Below are positions 9,117 through 18,355 of a stretch of DNA of 64,000 nt, piece after piece. Positions within the stretch are counted from its first letter, which is position 1; each line of letters opens with the position of its first letter. The stretch lies in IMG/VR virus record IMGVR_UViG_3300049198_000021, positions 32,001-96,000 of that record; one strand, written 5' to 3'. The position numbers and the translations under genes are program-made. This stretch comes from a virus. Taxonomy: Duplodnaviria > Caudoviricetes. The notes below the pieces were generated by a model. It saw nothing but the letters and a program-made list of their open reading frames with translations. It searched no databases and had not been told where the DNA came from.

Positions 9117-9605
9117 TCATTCCTCCAGATCGATCAGGCTCATCCAGACGGTAAGGTCGGCTGCTCGGTCGTCAAAAAATAGTCGATAGCTCGAAATCGG
9201 ACTATCCTCATCAACGCGCTCAACGCGCATTGTCGGGCTAGTAAACCGCCGGGCAATGAAGGCATGAGCCTTCTCGATGTTGAGGCAAACAGCTTCCGTA
9301 TTCTCCGGACCGACGTTCTCCCCATCATCGAAGATGGTCGAGACCAACACCACTTGCTTGCGTCCATCCTGCATCAGCACATGGTCTGGGAAGTCCATGA
9401 ACGTGAAGCCGCAGGGATCGGAGTAGAGGGTGATCGGATCATCTTCCACGGCGGCGCGGGCGGCCCCGAAAATGGCAGCACGCTGGAGCCCGGCGATGAA
9501 GCCTTCCCGTTCTTCGGGCATCATGACACAGATCGTCCCATGCTCGCGTTCCCAATCGGCGATCGCTTGGAGAAGCGGGCGGCCGTATCGATCGAGGTTC
9601 GTCAT
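9117..9605 (-). CDS. hypothetical protein
   Basis: ORF track; coupled. Confidence 0.6.
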   Translation of the reverse strand: MTNLDRYGRPLLQAIADWEREHGTICVMMPEEREGFIAGLQRAAIFGAARAAVEDDPITLYSDPCGFTFMDFPDHVLMQDGRKQVVLVSTIFDDGENVGPENTEAVCLNIEKAHAFIARRFTSPTMRVERVDEDSPISSYRLFFDDRAADLTVWMSLIDLEE

Positions 9606-9937
9606 GCTACCTTCTTTCTGCGATCATGATGCATGTCAACGTAAGCGGTGACCAGAATCCATTCGTCTGGATCGGTGATACCGGTCGGGTAGCTGACGCT
9701 GAACCGATAGTCATACTTGCCGGTCAGGGCACCGTGCTTGAGGCGATCGACGATCTGCTGCTTTCGGGATTCCCGACATTCGACGACGACGGCGAGGTAG
9801 GTGCCGTTGCGCCACTGGATCGTGATGTCCACCATGAATGGTTCCAACAGGATGGAGACCGCGTGATGTAGCTTGGAAAGCTCCCCGTGGATGTCCAAAA
9901 GGGGAACCTTCTGGGCGCTGGTGTATCGGTCGGTCAT
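9602..9937 (-). CDS. hypothetical protein
   Basis: ORF track. Confidence 0.55.
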   Translation of the reverse strand: MTDRYTSAQKVPLLDIHGELSKLHHAVSILLEPFMVDITIQWRNGTYLAVVVECRESRKQQIVDRLKHGALTGKYDYRFSVSYPTGITDPDEWILVTAYVDMHHDRRKKVA

Positions 9938-9941
9938 ACCA

Positions 9942-10277
9942 TCAGGTCCCCAACGCCCGGCCACGGTTAGCCATCATGTAGACCAGAGCGTCGGCGTTCT
10001 TTTCGGTTTCGCGGATGGTCTTCATCGTGTTCTGGGCGATCAGGATCAGTTCCTCGCGGATCGCAAGCAAGTCCTCAGTGGTTGGCTCACCTGCGATGAA
10101 CATGAATCGATCGACCTTCCGGAAGCTCGGCTCACCCCAGCTACCATCCGGCTGGAGAGCAGCGACTTGCAGACGATGTTCGGTGGCCTTGACCACTTTC
10201 ACCACGGTGTAGTGATAGTTCATGGCTCTGTGATCGATGATCCCGAGATCGCCAGCGGTTGGGTTGATCTTAGGCAT
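9942..10277 (-). CDS. hypothetical protein
   Basis: ORF track; TGATG coupling. Confidence 0.6.
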   Translation of the reverse strand: MPKINPTAGDLGIIDHRAMNYHYTVVKVVKATEHRLQVAALQPDGSWGEPSFRKVDRFMFIAGEPTTEDLLAIREELILIAQNTMKTIRETEKNADALVYMMANRGRALGT

Positions 10278-10420
10278 CAGGCAGCCGCCTCCCAATCAGC
10301 CGCGTGCCGGCGAAGGATCGCGGCAATCTCGGTGTTGTCGAGGACGTGTGCCACAGCGTCGGCCGCCGCGTCCACGGCGTCTTCGAAATGCTGGGCGAAG
10401 AGTTCCTTGTCGGTCGCCAT
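10277..10420 (-). CDS. hypothetical protein (47 aa)
   Basis: Own translation MATDKELFAQHF...; coupled at both ends. Confidence 0.55.
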   Translation of the reverse strand: MATDKELFAQHFEDAVDAAADAVAHVLDNTEIAAILRRHAADWEAAA

Positions 10421-10743
10421 CAGAGTCCCCGTCCCTTGATCTCAGCCGCAGCCAGCTTCTTGGCTCGCCGGGTAAGCTGGTATTCGATCTCGCGTTCGAG
10501 GATCGCGGCGAACTTCTCGTCAATGATGCGTCGAGTTTGGTTGGCGATTTCGTCGCCACAGATGAGTTCGTCGATCTGTTGCTCGATCGCCATATAGCCG
10601 ACACCCTTGGGCTGCTGCCAGTAGGAGCCGTTGTGGAAATGCTTTTCGATCGCGGCGCGGGCGGCGGACTCGGCCTTTTCTCGGGCAGTCTTGAGAGCAA
10701 GTGCCCGGATCGCGTCCATATCGATATTGATGTCGAGGTTCAT
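10420..10743 (-). CDS. hypothetical protein
   Basis: ORF track; GAGG RBS. Confidence 0.65.
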   Translation of the reverse strand: MNLDINIDMDAIRALALKTAREKAESAARAAIEKHFHNGSYWQQPKGVGYMAIEQQIDELICGDEIANQTRRIIDEKFAAILEREIEYQLTRRAKKLAAAEIKGRGL

Positions 10744-10943
10744 GTCTGTTCCTCAGGCCACGTAATCGGCGATTTCGCGCCAAATACCGTTGCGACGAAC
10801 TGCGATCAGGAAGCAGCAACCTGCTTCTCGCATGGCACGAGCCATCTCGAAGGCCAGCTTGCGGCTGAACCCTGTGTAGCTGTAGGGTGCGTCAGAAATG
10901 ACTCGATACATTTGGTTGTCTCCGATTCGTTGTTGATGCGAAT

Positions 10944-10972
10944 CGGATAGGACAAATCTTCCTAGTCGTCAA
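10944..10972 (-). promoter_or_regulatory. class-2 promoter copy
   Basis: TTGACG-ACTAGGAAGATTTGTCC-TATCCG. Confidence 0.7.
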
Positions 10973-11460
10973 CCGGTTTCGTTGAGAACGACGCCTTGCA
11001 GGGTGAGTGTGATGATCTGGTCAGTGAGATCAGACAGGTAGTCTCCCCGTCCTTGCACCGAAACATCTTTGACGATGTAGCACTGCCCCTCGAAGGAAAC
11101 AGTCTCACGGTTATAGAACAAGTCCTGCACTTGGCTGTCCATGTCTATGACATCCACAACAGCTATCCGTTCATGCATCATCCGCTGTTTGCGAATTGAT
11201 ACATCAGAGGAGACAATACCAAGACGCTCGATCTTGAACATCCCCTCGTGTGCTGCCGAAGCTCCTTCGGTTCGTCGATCGTTAGCTGCCTCGACTTCAA
11301 GATATGCGCCGTAAAGCTCGTCTCGGGTCATGGTTAGTTTTTGACGCAACTTGCGTCGGAAAAGAATCACATCGAAGAACCGACGCCAGCGTGTGTCTCC
11401 CAAATCAGGGGGAGCTACCGGGCGAGGCGTAACGACGATTGGTTGGTGTCTCAGCATCAT
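10969..11460 (-). CDS. hypothetical protein
   Basis: ORF track. Confidence 0.55.
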   Translation of the reverse strand: MMLRHQPIVVTPRPVAPPDLGDTRWRRFFDVILFRRKLRQKLTMTRDELYGAYLEVEAANDRRTEGASAAHEGMFKIERLGIVSSDVSIRKQRMMHERIAVVDVIDMDSQVQDLFYNRETVSFEGQCYIVKDVSVQGRGDYLSDLTDQIITLTLQGVVLNETG

Positions 11461-11915
11461 TCTTCCCACGTCCGCTTCTTATCCGCTTCTTCCTGCTCAT
11501 CAGCCCACGCCACAGCGTTGCTGATCAGAAGCTCCAGCGTCTCACCGAAGATCAGTTTGTGGTAGGTGTGTCCCCACGAGAAAGAGGCGGAGTTGTCCGA
11601 GGTGTAGGTCAGGACCGGAGTCGAGAACACACCGAGGAAGCCTGAGACTCCCATGCGGTGAGCCGACGCCGACAGCATGTCCATGGCTTCGGAAAAGTCG
11701 CTACCGTCGTGACCGCAGAAGAGCATGTCCAGTTCTTCCTCGCCCCAGTTCTTGAGCAATTCAGCCAACGGCCCCGGTAAGTCTTCGGGCTTGTCCGCCA
11801 TCATGTCGATCGTGTCGGCCAAGTCCTCACCGCCATTCCACGCCGGGAACAACCACATCTTGTCCAGACGCAGGTTGTTCTCGAACAATTCGTCAGTCGC
11901 CTTCATCGGTGTCAT
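11457..11915 (-). CDS. acidic hypothetical protein
   Basis: ORF track; TAATG coupling. Confidence 0.65.
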   Translation of the reverse strand: MTPMKATDELFENNLRLDKMWLFPAWNGGEDLADTIDMMADKPEDLPGPLAELLKNWGEEELDMLFCGHDGSDFSEAMDMLSASAHRMGVSGFLGVFSTPVLTYTSDNSASFSWGHTYHKLIFGETLELLISNAVAWADEQEEADKKRTWEE

Positions 11916-12139
11916 TAGTTGTTCTCCCGGAGTTCCCAAAGTTGCCGCGTCCCAGCCTCGCAAAGTCCTTCGCGATCCATCGCTCCGTGTGATGCACCGT
12001 AGGGGCTGATCTTTCGAAAAGCCTCCGGGTGGCCGCAGTAGAGATCGCTGTCAGGTTCCCAACCGCAGTGCCGGCACTTCGTGCAGTGCTTCTGCTCAAT
12101 GGCTTCCCGGTTCCAGCGCTCGGTTGGTGTCTCGCTCAT
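11915..12139 (-). CDS. Cys-rich small protein
   Basis: CxxCxxC...C pattern. Confidence 0.6.
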   Translation of the reverse strand: MSETPTERWNREAIEQKHCTKCRHCGWEPDSDLYCGHPEAFRKISPYGASHGAMDREGLCEAGTRQLWELRENN

Positions 12140-12408
12140 GTGCGCTTCACCGGTGCCAATCCGGCGCTCACCATCCCCGCCAGCCAGATGGCGACTTCGG
12201 AATCATGGAGGGCAGACTCCAGCGCGATCCGATCAAACTCGTGGCCGTTCGGTCCCGCCAGTTCGTCGGCGTGGACAGCGATCGATGCCAGCTTACAGAG
12301 AAGTGCCGGTGGTGGGTTGAGAATGTCCATATCAGCGGTCATATTGGCTCTCGACAGGGTTTCCGAAGCGATCCTCGCTTTGCGGTCGGCTGCTGCTGTT
12401 GCTGTCAT
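12136..12408 (-). CDS. hypothetical protein
   Basis: ORF track. Confidence 0.55.
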   Translation of the reverse strand: MTATAAADRKARIASETLSRANMTADMDILNPPPALLCKLASIAVHADELAGPNGHEFDRIALESALHDSEVAIWLAGMVSAGLAPVKRT

Positions 12409-12604
12409 ACATCGGCGGCCCTAGGTCGATCTGGTGGGATGCCATCGAGTTTAGGCCCCCTGCAATCGTGAAGTGATCAGCCGCTTCCCGGAGCCATTTG
12501 GAATCCCGGTCGCACGGTTTGCTGTTTTGATGCATCTGAGCAAGGGAAGCTCCCCGCTGCTGGTGATACCGAGCAAGTGCCCGGAGTTCGCTAGGATTGC
12601 TCAT
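12332..12604 (-). CDS. hypothetical protein
   Basis: GGAGA RBS before MSNPSEL. Confidence 0.5.
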   Translation of the reverse strand: MSNPSELRALARYHQQRGASLAQMHQNSKPCDRDSKWLREAADHFTIAGGLNSMASHQIDLGPPMYDSNSSSRPQSEDRFGNPVESQYDR

Positions 12605-12808
12605 CGGATAGTCTCCCAAAGCCAATCTCCGTAGAGCTTGCGATCCAACAGGACGGCAAAGATCAAGCCGAAAAAGAAGCAGAGGATAGTGGCAAGGGTC
12701 AGGCTCATGTCCGTTTCTCCCACAACCAATCTCCATATACCTTACGATCCATCAGCAAGCCGAACGAAACAGCCCCTGCGAGAGACAAGATAATAATGAA
12801 CAATCCGT

Positions 12809-13309
12809 TCATGAGAAGAACCCCTTGAGGCCGGAGCCCGACTTGCGAGGCTCCTTCTTGCAGCTATAGGGGTCTGCCAGTCGTGCTGTCATCGTGAAGC
12901 CACGAGCCGTCTTGGCGAAACGCAGGGTTGCCCGCGTGATGTGCCAGCCGGCTGGGTTGGTGGACTTCTTGTCGGGTTGGATGTGATGGATGCAGAACAG
13001 GCCGAAGTTCCACCGACGTTCCATTGACCAGTCCGGATTCAACTGGTTGTAGTGATAGACGCACCACCCCCGGCCCGGACGGTCAGCGAACAAGCGGACG
13101 TGGCCGGCGACTTGGCGCTGATTGTCTGACTTGTAGAACAGGTGAGGGATGCGGGTGATCTTGAATTGAGAACCACGGCTCAGAGGATCAGGCGTCATAC
13201 GTTGGATGCCGAAATGCTCGCGGATCATGGCGAAGCCATCGAAGCCTTCCTTGAAGTCACGAACTGGTTCCTTGAGACCGCCGTCGTCGGGATATTTGTG
13301 CTTCATGGT
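12809..13309 (-). CDS. hypothetical protein
   Basis: GGAG RBS before MKHKY. Confidence 0.65.
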   Translation of the reverse strand, partial: TMKHKYPDDGGLKEPVRDFKEGFDGFAMIREHFGIQRMTPDPLSRGSQFKITRIPHLFYKSDNQRQVAGHVRLFADRPGRGWCVYHYNQLNPDWSMERRWNFGLFCIHHIQPDKKSTNPAGWHITRATLRFAKTARGFTMTARLADPYSCKKEPRKSGSGLKGFFS

Positions 13310-13370
13310 AAACTCCGAGATAAGGGCTGGGGTGATCAGGGGCGTGGAAGACCACGCCCCTGACAATCGG

Positions 13371-13973
13371 TTACTGGCGCTGTGCCACCACGCTGGTTTC
13401 CTTGGCGTCGGTGACCTTCGCCGGGTCCACGTCGCCGGGGCACGGGATGGAAACCGCCGAGGCCGGCAGCTTGTTCGGGGTTGTCACCACGTCGGGCTCG
13501 ATCAGCGCCGTGCGGGCCTTACCAGTCAGCGGGTCCACGATGTTGACGATCGTCGCCGCACCGCTCTCGGGCATGAAGAGGCCGTTGGGTTCCGGCTGTG
13601 CCTGCTCGAAGATGCCAACTTCATCAGCGTAGCCTTCGCTGTGCATACGGATGCGCTGCGGATAGGTCGGGGACGTGAACTGGGTGCCGAGGCTGACGCC
13701 GTAGCCGACGGCCTGACCGAGGCACACGAAGCGACCGTCGATCGCCTGAGTGTAGACGTAGACGAGGGTCGTCTGGTCCATATCCTCGTAGGCATTCTTG
13801 AGGAGCTTACGCTGAGCGTAGTTGGCGATGCGGGGCATCCCGATCTCGCGATCGGCCGTGTCCATGGCGGTGCGGGTTGCGTCTGCCTGACGGGTTGCCG
13901 CCGGGTTGGTATCGGTGCGGCCGCAGGCGGAGAGCGAAAGGGCGAGAGCCCCAATCATGATAAGCTTCTTCAT
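13371..13973 (-). CDS. lipoprotein
   Basis: MKK + hydrophobic core + LSAC lipobox. Confidence 0.8.
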   Translation of the reverse strand: MKKLIMIGALALSLSACGRTDTNPAATRQADATRTAMDTADREIGMPRIANYAQRKLLKNAYEDMDQTTLVYVYTQAIDGRFVCLGQAVGYGVSLGTQFTSPTYPQRIRMHSEGYADEVGIFEQAQPEPNGLFMPESGAATIVNIVDPLTGKARTALIEPDVVTTPNKLPASAVSIPCPGDVDPAKVTDAKETSVVAQRQ

Positions 13974-13977
13974 GGTG

Positions 13978-14313
13978 TCAGTTTCCGATCTGCGCGGTGC
14001 AGCGCTGGTTGGGAGGCGTGAGATCGCCTTCGTAGGTGTCGAGGGTGGTTGCGATCAGGTCTTCCAGCGCCTTGCGGGCCGGGCCTTCGGTGGTGGCGAG
14101 ATCACGGCAATAGCGGGCGATGTCGCGATTGATGCCTTGTTGGTATTGCCGGCTGTTGTCGGCCACCTGTGCGGCGGTCTCGGCGTCGAACTTCTGTGCT
14201 TCGCGGTTGACCACCTTGCCGGCTGCGAGGAGCGGGAGCAAGAACGCCCAAGCGAGTGCGATCGTGAGCGCCGCGAGAGCCAGTCCCCCGATCAGTTTTC
14301 CATATTCTTTCAT
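13978..14313 (-). CDS. membrane-anchored protein, paired with the lipoprotein
   Basis: N-terminal TM helix, periplasmic Cys pair; GGAGA RBS. Confidence 0.75.
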   Translation of the reverse strand: MKEYGKLIGGLALAALTIALAWAFLLPLLAAGKVVNREAQKFDAETAAQVADNSRQYQQGINRDIARYCRDLATTEGPARKALEDLIATTLDTYEGDLTPPNQRCTAQIGN

Positions 14314-14357
14314 GTGTTGTCGTCTCCTTGTTGCTTTGCCCTCAATGGGTGCCGAAT

Positions 14358-14386
14358 CGATTAGGACGATTCTTCCGGCTCGTCAA
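14358..14386 (-). promoter_or_regulatory. class-2 promoter copy
   Basis: TTGACG-AGCCGGAAGAATCGTCC-TAATCG. Confidence 0.7.
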
Positions 14387-14582
14387 GCGAGAATGACAGT
14401 GAAGAGTAGTAAGACCGTCCGTCTCGGACTTGCTTGGTGATCTCACCCTCCTGCACCATCTCCAACAATGGGCTCGCCAGTCCTTCACCGCCTCTCAGCG
14501 CAATGTCGGGATAGGTAGCCTCGCCTCCCATGTGCTTTAGGATGGTCCGGATAGCCCGGCGATCGCGCTGGTTCTGGTTCAT
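14361..14582 (-). CDS. small possible winged-helix protein
   Basis: ATYPDIA...LLEMVQEGEITKQVRDGRSYYS. Confidence 0.5.
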   Translation of the reverse strand: MNQNQRDRRAIRTILKHMGGEATYPDIALRGGEGLASPLLEMVQEGEITKQVRDGRSYYSSLSFSLDEPEESS

Positions 14583-14938
14583 TGCTCCTCCGGTAAGCCA
14601 GCCATGAACAGGAGATTCCCGATGATGTGTTTGCGAAGCAACTCGACCGGACCAAGCTGGGACTTGGTAAGTCCCCACGGCTGGATCGTCTTGATCATCT
14701 CAATGGCGGCCAAGATAGTCGCTTCGTCGATCGAAGCGTTCGCCAAATACTCCTCAGCCTGTTTGTTCAGATCATCGGTTCCACAGTTGCAGAAGGGTTT
14801 CGGAAGTTCCTCGTCTTCGTCTTCTTCGTCGATCCAGTATTCTCGTTCGAGATTATCTTGGCCGAACTCCGGGTCGAGGTAGCACCCTTCGTCGTGCGCG
14901 ATCGGATAAGCCGCTGCGATGAGATGCCGGGCGATCAT
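14579..14938 (-). CDS. acidic hypothetical protein
   Basis: ORF track; coupled. Confidence 0.6.
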   Translation of the reverse strand: MIARHLIAAAYPIAHDEGCYLDPEFGQDNLEREYWIDEEDEDEELPKPFCNCGTDDLNKQAEEYLANASIDEATILAAIEMIKTIQPWGLTKSQLGPVELLRKHIIGNLLFMAGLPEEQ

Positions 14939-15249
14939 CAGAGTGCCGCAATCATCTTTTGGACGAACACTTCGTATTCGCCTCGGCCGTAATCTAGCAC
15001 TTCAATGAAGTCCTCGTCAGAATCATCCTCGTCGATCTTACCGGGAATGCAGTGGTGTTGGATCAGGACGCCGGCGAGGACGCTGAACCACCCTGAGTTT
15101 CCGAACGGGTATTTTCCAGAGAAGCTTTCGTTCCGTTCCCACAGCGTGGAAAGCTGGAGCTTGAAGTAATCCCGGATCGTCATCATCGATCCGGAATCGC
15201 CGTCGTAGAACTTAAGATCGAGTGCGTCAGCAGGTTGCAGTGCCATCAT
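14938..15249 (-). CDS. hypothetical phage protein
   Basis: ORF track. Confidence 0.65.
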   Translation of the reverse strand: MMALQPADALDLKFYDGDSGSMMTIRDYFKLQLSTLWERNESFSGKYPFGNSGWFSVLAGVLIQHHCIPGKIDEDDSDEDFIEVLDYGRGEYEVFVQKMIAAL

Positions 15250-15259
15250 TAAAATCCCC

Positions 15260-15502
15260 TTAAATCAACCAAGAGAAGACCTCTTGCGACCAATAGAGCG
15301 GCCAGAACACGCCACACGGAAGAGCTAACAAGACCGTAAGGTCTGCTCCGTTTGCTGCAATGATTTCTTCGGCATTCGCTGTGTAGCCGAATGTCAGTAA
15401 TGCTATGACGCAATACCACTTGACCTTCGCGGCGAAGGACATGGCGGCGGTGCTGTAATTGGCATCGTAACGAAACCAATTCACCACGTCACGAATCAGC
15501 AT
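15260..15502 (-). CDS. membrane protein (paralogue of 15489-15809)
   Basis: Shared TFG...GVFWPLYW. Confidence 0.65.
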   Translation of the reverse strand: MLIRDVVNWFRYDANYSTAAMSFAAKVKWYCVIALLTFGYTANAEEIIAANGADLTVLLALPCGVFWPLYWSQEVFSWLI

Positions 15503-15809
15503 CGTCCATGCCCTCCCAAGTCCAATAAAGCGGCCAGAATACTCCGGCCATTGCTGATTCCACCGATGTGCCGATACGGTTTACTTCTTTAGGGAGCCCA
15601 TGCTTCTCTTCATAGTAGCTCGGATAATCCATGACCGGATAATTCGAAGCGCAATGCCCGAACGTGTAGACCCCAACAAGAGGGTAAAGCCACCACAGAT
15701 ACACCCGCTTCTCCCAGAGATCGCGGCGGCTGTAGAAGCGCTGGTGCGATCGTTCGTCGCCAACGGTTGGCGTGCCAACCAACCAGTTCCAGATTTCCCG
15801 GATGATCAT
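15489..15809 (-). CDS. membrane protein (paralogue of 15260-15502)
   Basis: Shared TFG...GVFWPLYW. Confidence 0.65.
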   Translation of the reverse strand: MIIREIWNWLVGTPTVGDERSHQRFYSRRDLWEKRVYLWWLYPLVGVYTFGHCASNYPVMDYPSYYEEKHGLPKEVNRIGTSVESAMAGVFWPLYWTWEGMDDADS

Positions 15810-16093
15810 ACGGTCTCCTCAGACACGATACCACAATCTTCGACTTCGACATCGTTTCGGATGAGCTTGATCCCCATCTCGTTGGCTGGGCCGTAGCCTT
15901 CGATGAACTCGTTGGGGTTGAACTCCAGATCGATCACCCCGCGAGCTTGGAGTTGAGCGATATGCTCGACGTGTTCCACCAGATCGTGGAACGGGAAGAA
16001 GCTCGCACGGAACTCTTCCATGAACTGCTCATCGAATTTCGTCTCATCCACCGAAATGCGGATGGTCTGGACGACGTGGGTATCATAAATCAT
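15806..16093 (-). CDS. hypothetical protein
   Basis: ORF track; coupled. Confidence 0.65.
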   Translation of the reverse strand: MIYDTHVVQTIRISVDETKFDEQFMEEFRASFFPFHDLVEHVEHIAQLQARGVIDLEFNPNEFIEGYGPANEMGIKLIRNDVEVEDCGIVSEETV

Positions 16094-16296
16094 CAGTAAC
16101 CATCCTTTTCTCGTTCGTAACCAGCAGGTTCGATGTAAACATCTTCCTTGGCGATTTCCTCACCATGGAAAGTCAGTTTGACTTCCAAACGGTTCTCAGG
16201 GGAAGACCAACTCCACCCGTGGAATGTAAGGTCCAGCTTGAGCCCTTCCATGAGTTCTCTCACGGTCAGGGGTGTGTCAAGGTCGCTCTCAGTCAT
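16093..16296 (-). CDS. hypothetical protein
   Basis: ORF track; coupled. Confidence 0.6.
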   Translation of the reverse strand: MTESDLDTPLTVRELMEGLKLDLTFHGWSWSSPENRLEVKLTFHGEEIAKEDVYIEPAGYEREKDGY

Positions 16297-16708
16297 GTAA
16301 GTAGCGCTCCCCTTTCAGAACTTCGGCGACGTGTTCGGTGAACGCCTTGGCGTGGCGATACATCGAAAAGAAGATCGATGGAACCCGGTCTGCATTCTCC
16401 ACCGGTGGGTATCCCCAACCGGGACAGTTTTCGTCGAGCCAACCGATCCAGTAAGGACGGAGACGATACATCGTCTTGTGAATCTTGAAGTCGCCCAGCG
16501 TCCCGTCAGGGACCTTGATAGGATCGAACAGCAACTGCTCAGCGGTCGATCGGATGCCGGCGTGGAGCGATGAGTAGTGGTCGTAATATAGCTCGGAAAC
16601 CCCCACGATGCAGGAGAAATACCGCATATCGCCGTCTTCATCCCGGTAGAAAAAGGTATTCCCTCGGCCGATCGTCATGCCGTGTGGTTTCTTGATATAC
16701 TGGCTCAT
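16289..16708 (-). CDS. hypothetical protein
   Basis: ORF track; coupled. Confidence 0.6.
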   Translation of the reverse strand: MSQYIKKPHGMTIGRGNTFFYRDEDGDMRYFSCIVGVSELYYDHYSSLHAGIRSTAEQLLFDPIKVPDGTLGDFKIHKTMYRLRPYWIGWLDENCPGWGYPPVENADRVPSIFFSMYRHAKAFTEHVAEVLKGERYLHD

Positions 16709-17094
16709 GAAATCATGCCCACCACATCCACGATCGCGTCCATTTGCTCGATCTCATCGGCATTAAAACCGCCCGCTGATTTGCTATCAGTTGCATCTTT
16801 CCCATCGGTGAGCCAAGCGCACGTCTGGTCCAGAGTGTCGATAGCCATACGAAAGGCGTGCGGGGATTTTTCACACAGCATGATGTAGAACGCCTTTCGA
16901 TCGATTTTCTTGAGCTTGGCGGCTCTATTTATGATCTTCCAGACCAACCAAGCGTTGAATCCTCGCGGCTGTATCAACCCTTTGTCCATTACGAACGCTG
17001 AGAAGAATATCTTCTGACGATCCGAGAGAGATGTTATCTTCAACTTCAAAAGTTCAAGAGAAAAGGGATCGGTATAGTCGGTTGCGGGATTCAT
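16705..17094 (-). CDS. hypothetical protein
   Basis: ORF track; ATGA overlap; locally AT-richer. Confidence 0.55.
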   Translation of the reverse strand: MNPATDYTDPFSLELLKLKITSLSDRQKIFFSAFVMDKGLIQPRGFNAWLVWKIINRAAKLKKIDRKAFYIMLCEKSPHAFRMAIDTLDQTCAWLTDGKDATDSKSAGGFNADEIEQMDAIVDVVGMIS

Positions 17095-17199
17095 TCGCTT
17101 TTTCCAAACTCTTCTTCGAGCCAACGCTCCAGCCGGAGTTCCGCCAGATAGTCAGCAGTCTTCGCATTGAAGCGATCGAGATAGGACTCTGGTGGGAAA

Positions 17200-17631
17200 T
17201 TACTCACCAGTAAGAGCCTTATTGATCGCCCGGCGGGCGGCTTCCCACTCGGGCGGGTCCTTCCACTCCGGCTTACCGCCTTCGTCATCGGCCCACATGG
17301 CACCACATTGGTCGCAGATTTCCCAGAGAACACCGCCCCGGTGCGTATCTTCGTGCTGACAGGTGTTGCCTTCATCTCGCCGGAGAAGGCCCACCAATGC
17401 GTCGAGGAGTTCACGGGATGCCGCCATGAGGCGAGCATCGCCTTCCGCATTGGGTCCGGGGATGATCCCCTCACAACCGACCACACATTCTTTTTCGGAC
17501 ACAATGTCCCAGCCGGCGAGATATTCTTCACCCTCGTCGAAGGCTTCCATCCAATACCGGTTCTCCACCGGTCGCATGTCTGGCGTAGCCCGCCACGGCC
17601 CGTCAGTGATGGGTAGACGCTCAGCAGCCAT
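17200..17631 (-). CDS. hypothetical phage protein (TxGPW...DARLMAAS family)
   Basis: GGAGA RBS; motif shared with 28588-28986. Confidence 0.65.
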   Translation of the reverse strand: MAAERLPITDGPWRATPDMRPVENRYWMEAFDEGEEYLAGWDIVSEKECVVGCEGIIPGPNAEGDARLMAASRELLDALVGLLRRDEGNTCQHEDTHRGGVLWEICDQCGAMWADDEGGKPEWKDPPEWEAARRAINKALTGE

Positions 17632-17884
17632 GACTATCTCCTTCATCCGGTGAGAGTCCGCAAAAGGCACAGATACCGGCGAATACCAACCACGCCACCA
17701 CGATAGGGCCCAAGATCAGGAGACACGGGCCCCACATGATCGTGAACATGATCAGAGTCCCGACAGGGCTCTCGCCCGGTCCCCAGAGCTTGAGGATGAT
17801 CAGACCCATGACAAGACCCAGACCCAGATACACCGGGAAGAAGAGCGGATGGCTCATCATCGGATCGAGATATTCATGCAGCAT
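17621..17884 (-). CDS. membrane protein
   Basis: Two to three TM segments. Confidence 0.6.
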   Translation of the reverse strand: MLHEYLDPMMSHPLFFPVYLGLGLVMGLIILKLWGPGESPVGTLIMFTIMWGPCLLILGPIVVAWLVFAGICAFCGLSPDEGDSHGC

Positions 17885-18140
17885 CGTTTTGTCCGTTCTG
17901 GAAGAGCAAGGTGTCGCCGTCAATTCGGTTTCCGTCACGGTCCTTGACGCTGTAAGCGCCGGCGCGGGTGTCGAGGAACAAGGTGACATACTTGCACCGG
18001 GTGTTGCGCGTCCACGTCCAGCGGCCGGTGTTCACGTCAGCGACCCACTTCGCGATGACATCCATCGGGACCAGATAGCGATCCGGAAGGCCATCACCGT
18101 AACCGGTATCGCATTCGAAGCTGGGTCCGCGATCGGGCAT
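17874..18140 (-). CDS. hypothetical protein
   Basis: ORF track; coupled. Confidence 0.6.
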   Translation of the reverse strand: MPDRGPSFECDTGYGDGLPDRYLVPMDVIAKWVADVNTGRWTWTRNTRCKYVTLFLDTRAGAYSVKDRDGNRIDGDTLLFQNGQNDAA

Positions 18141-18355
18141 CAGATATTCCCCATCAATTCGCCGATCACGCCGCAGGTGGCGACTACGATCGTGCCGATG
18201 ACCACAACAAGCGTCCAGAACTTGGCCCAGCGCTTCTGCTCCCAGAGATATTGTGCATCATCAGCGATCTCCTTCAACGAGATCGTCATGATCCCGATCA
18301 AAGAGAGGACAGTGAAGATTTTGACACCGGCGAGCCATGTCTCAGGGTTGCTCAT
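18140..18355 (-). CDS. two-TM membrane protein
   Basis: Hydrophobicity. Confidence 0.6.
   Translation of the reverse strand: MSNPETWLAGVKIFTVLSLIGIMTISLKEIADDAQYLWEQKRWAKFWTLVVVIGTIVVATCGVIGELMGNI

Noticed and set aside
13371-14313. Spanin pair
   Set aside because: No holin or endolysin nearby, lipoprotein is long and not Pro-rich throughout, and promoter class matches accessory genes; not formally excluded
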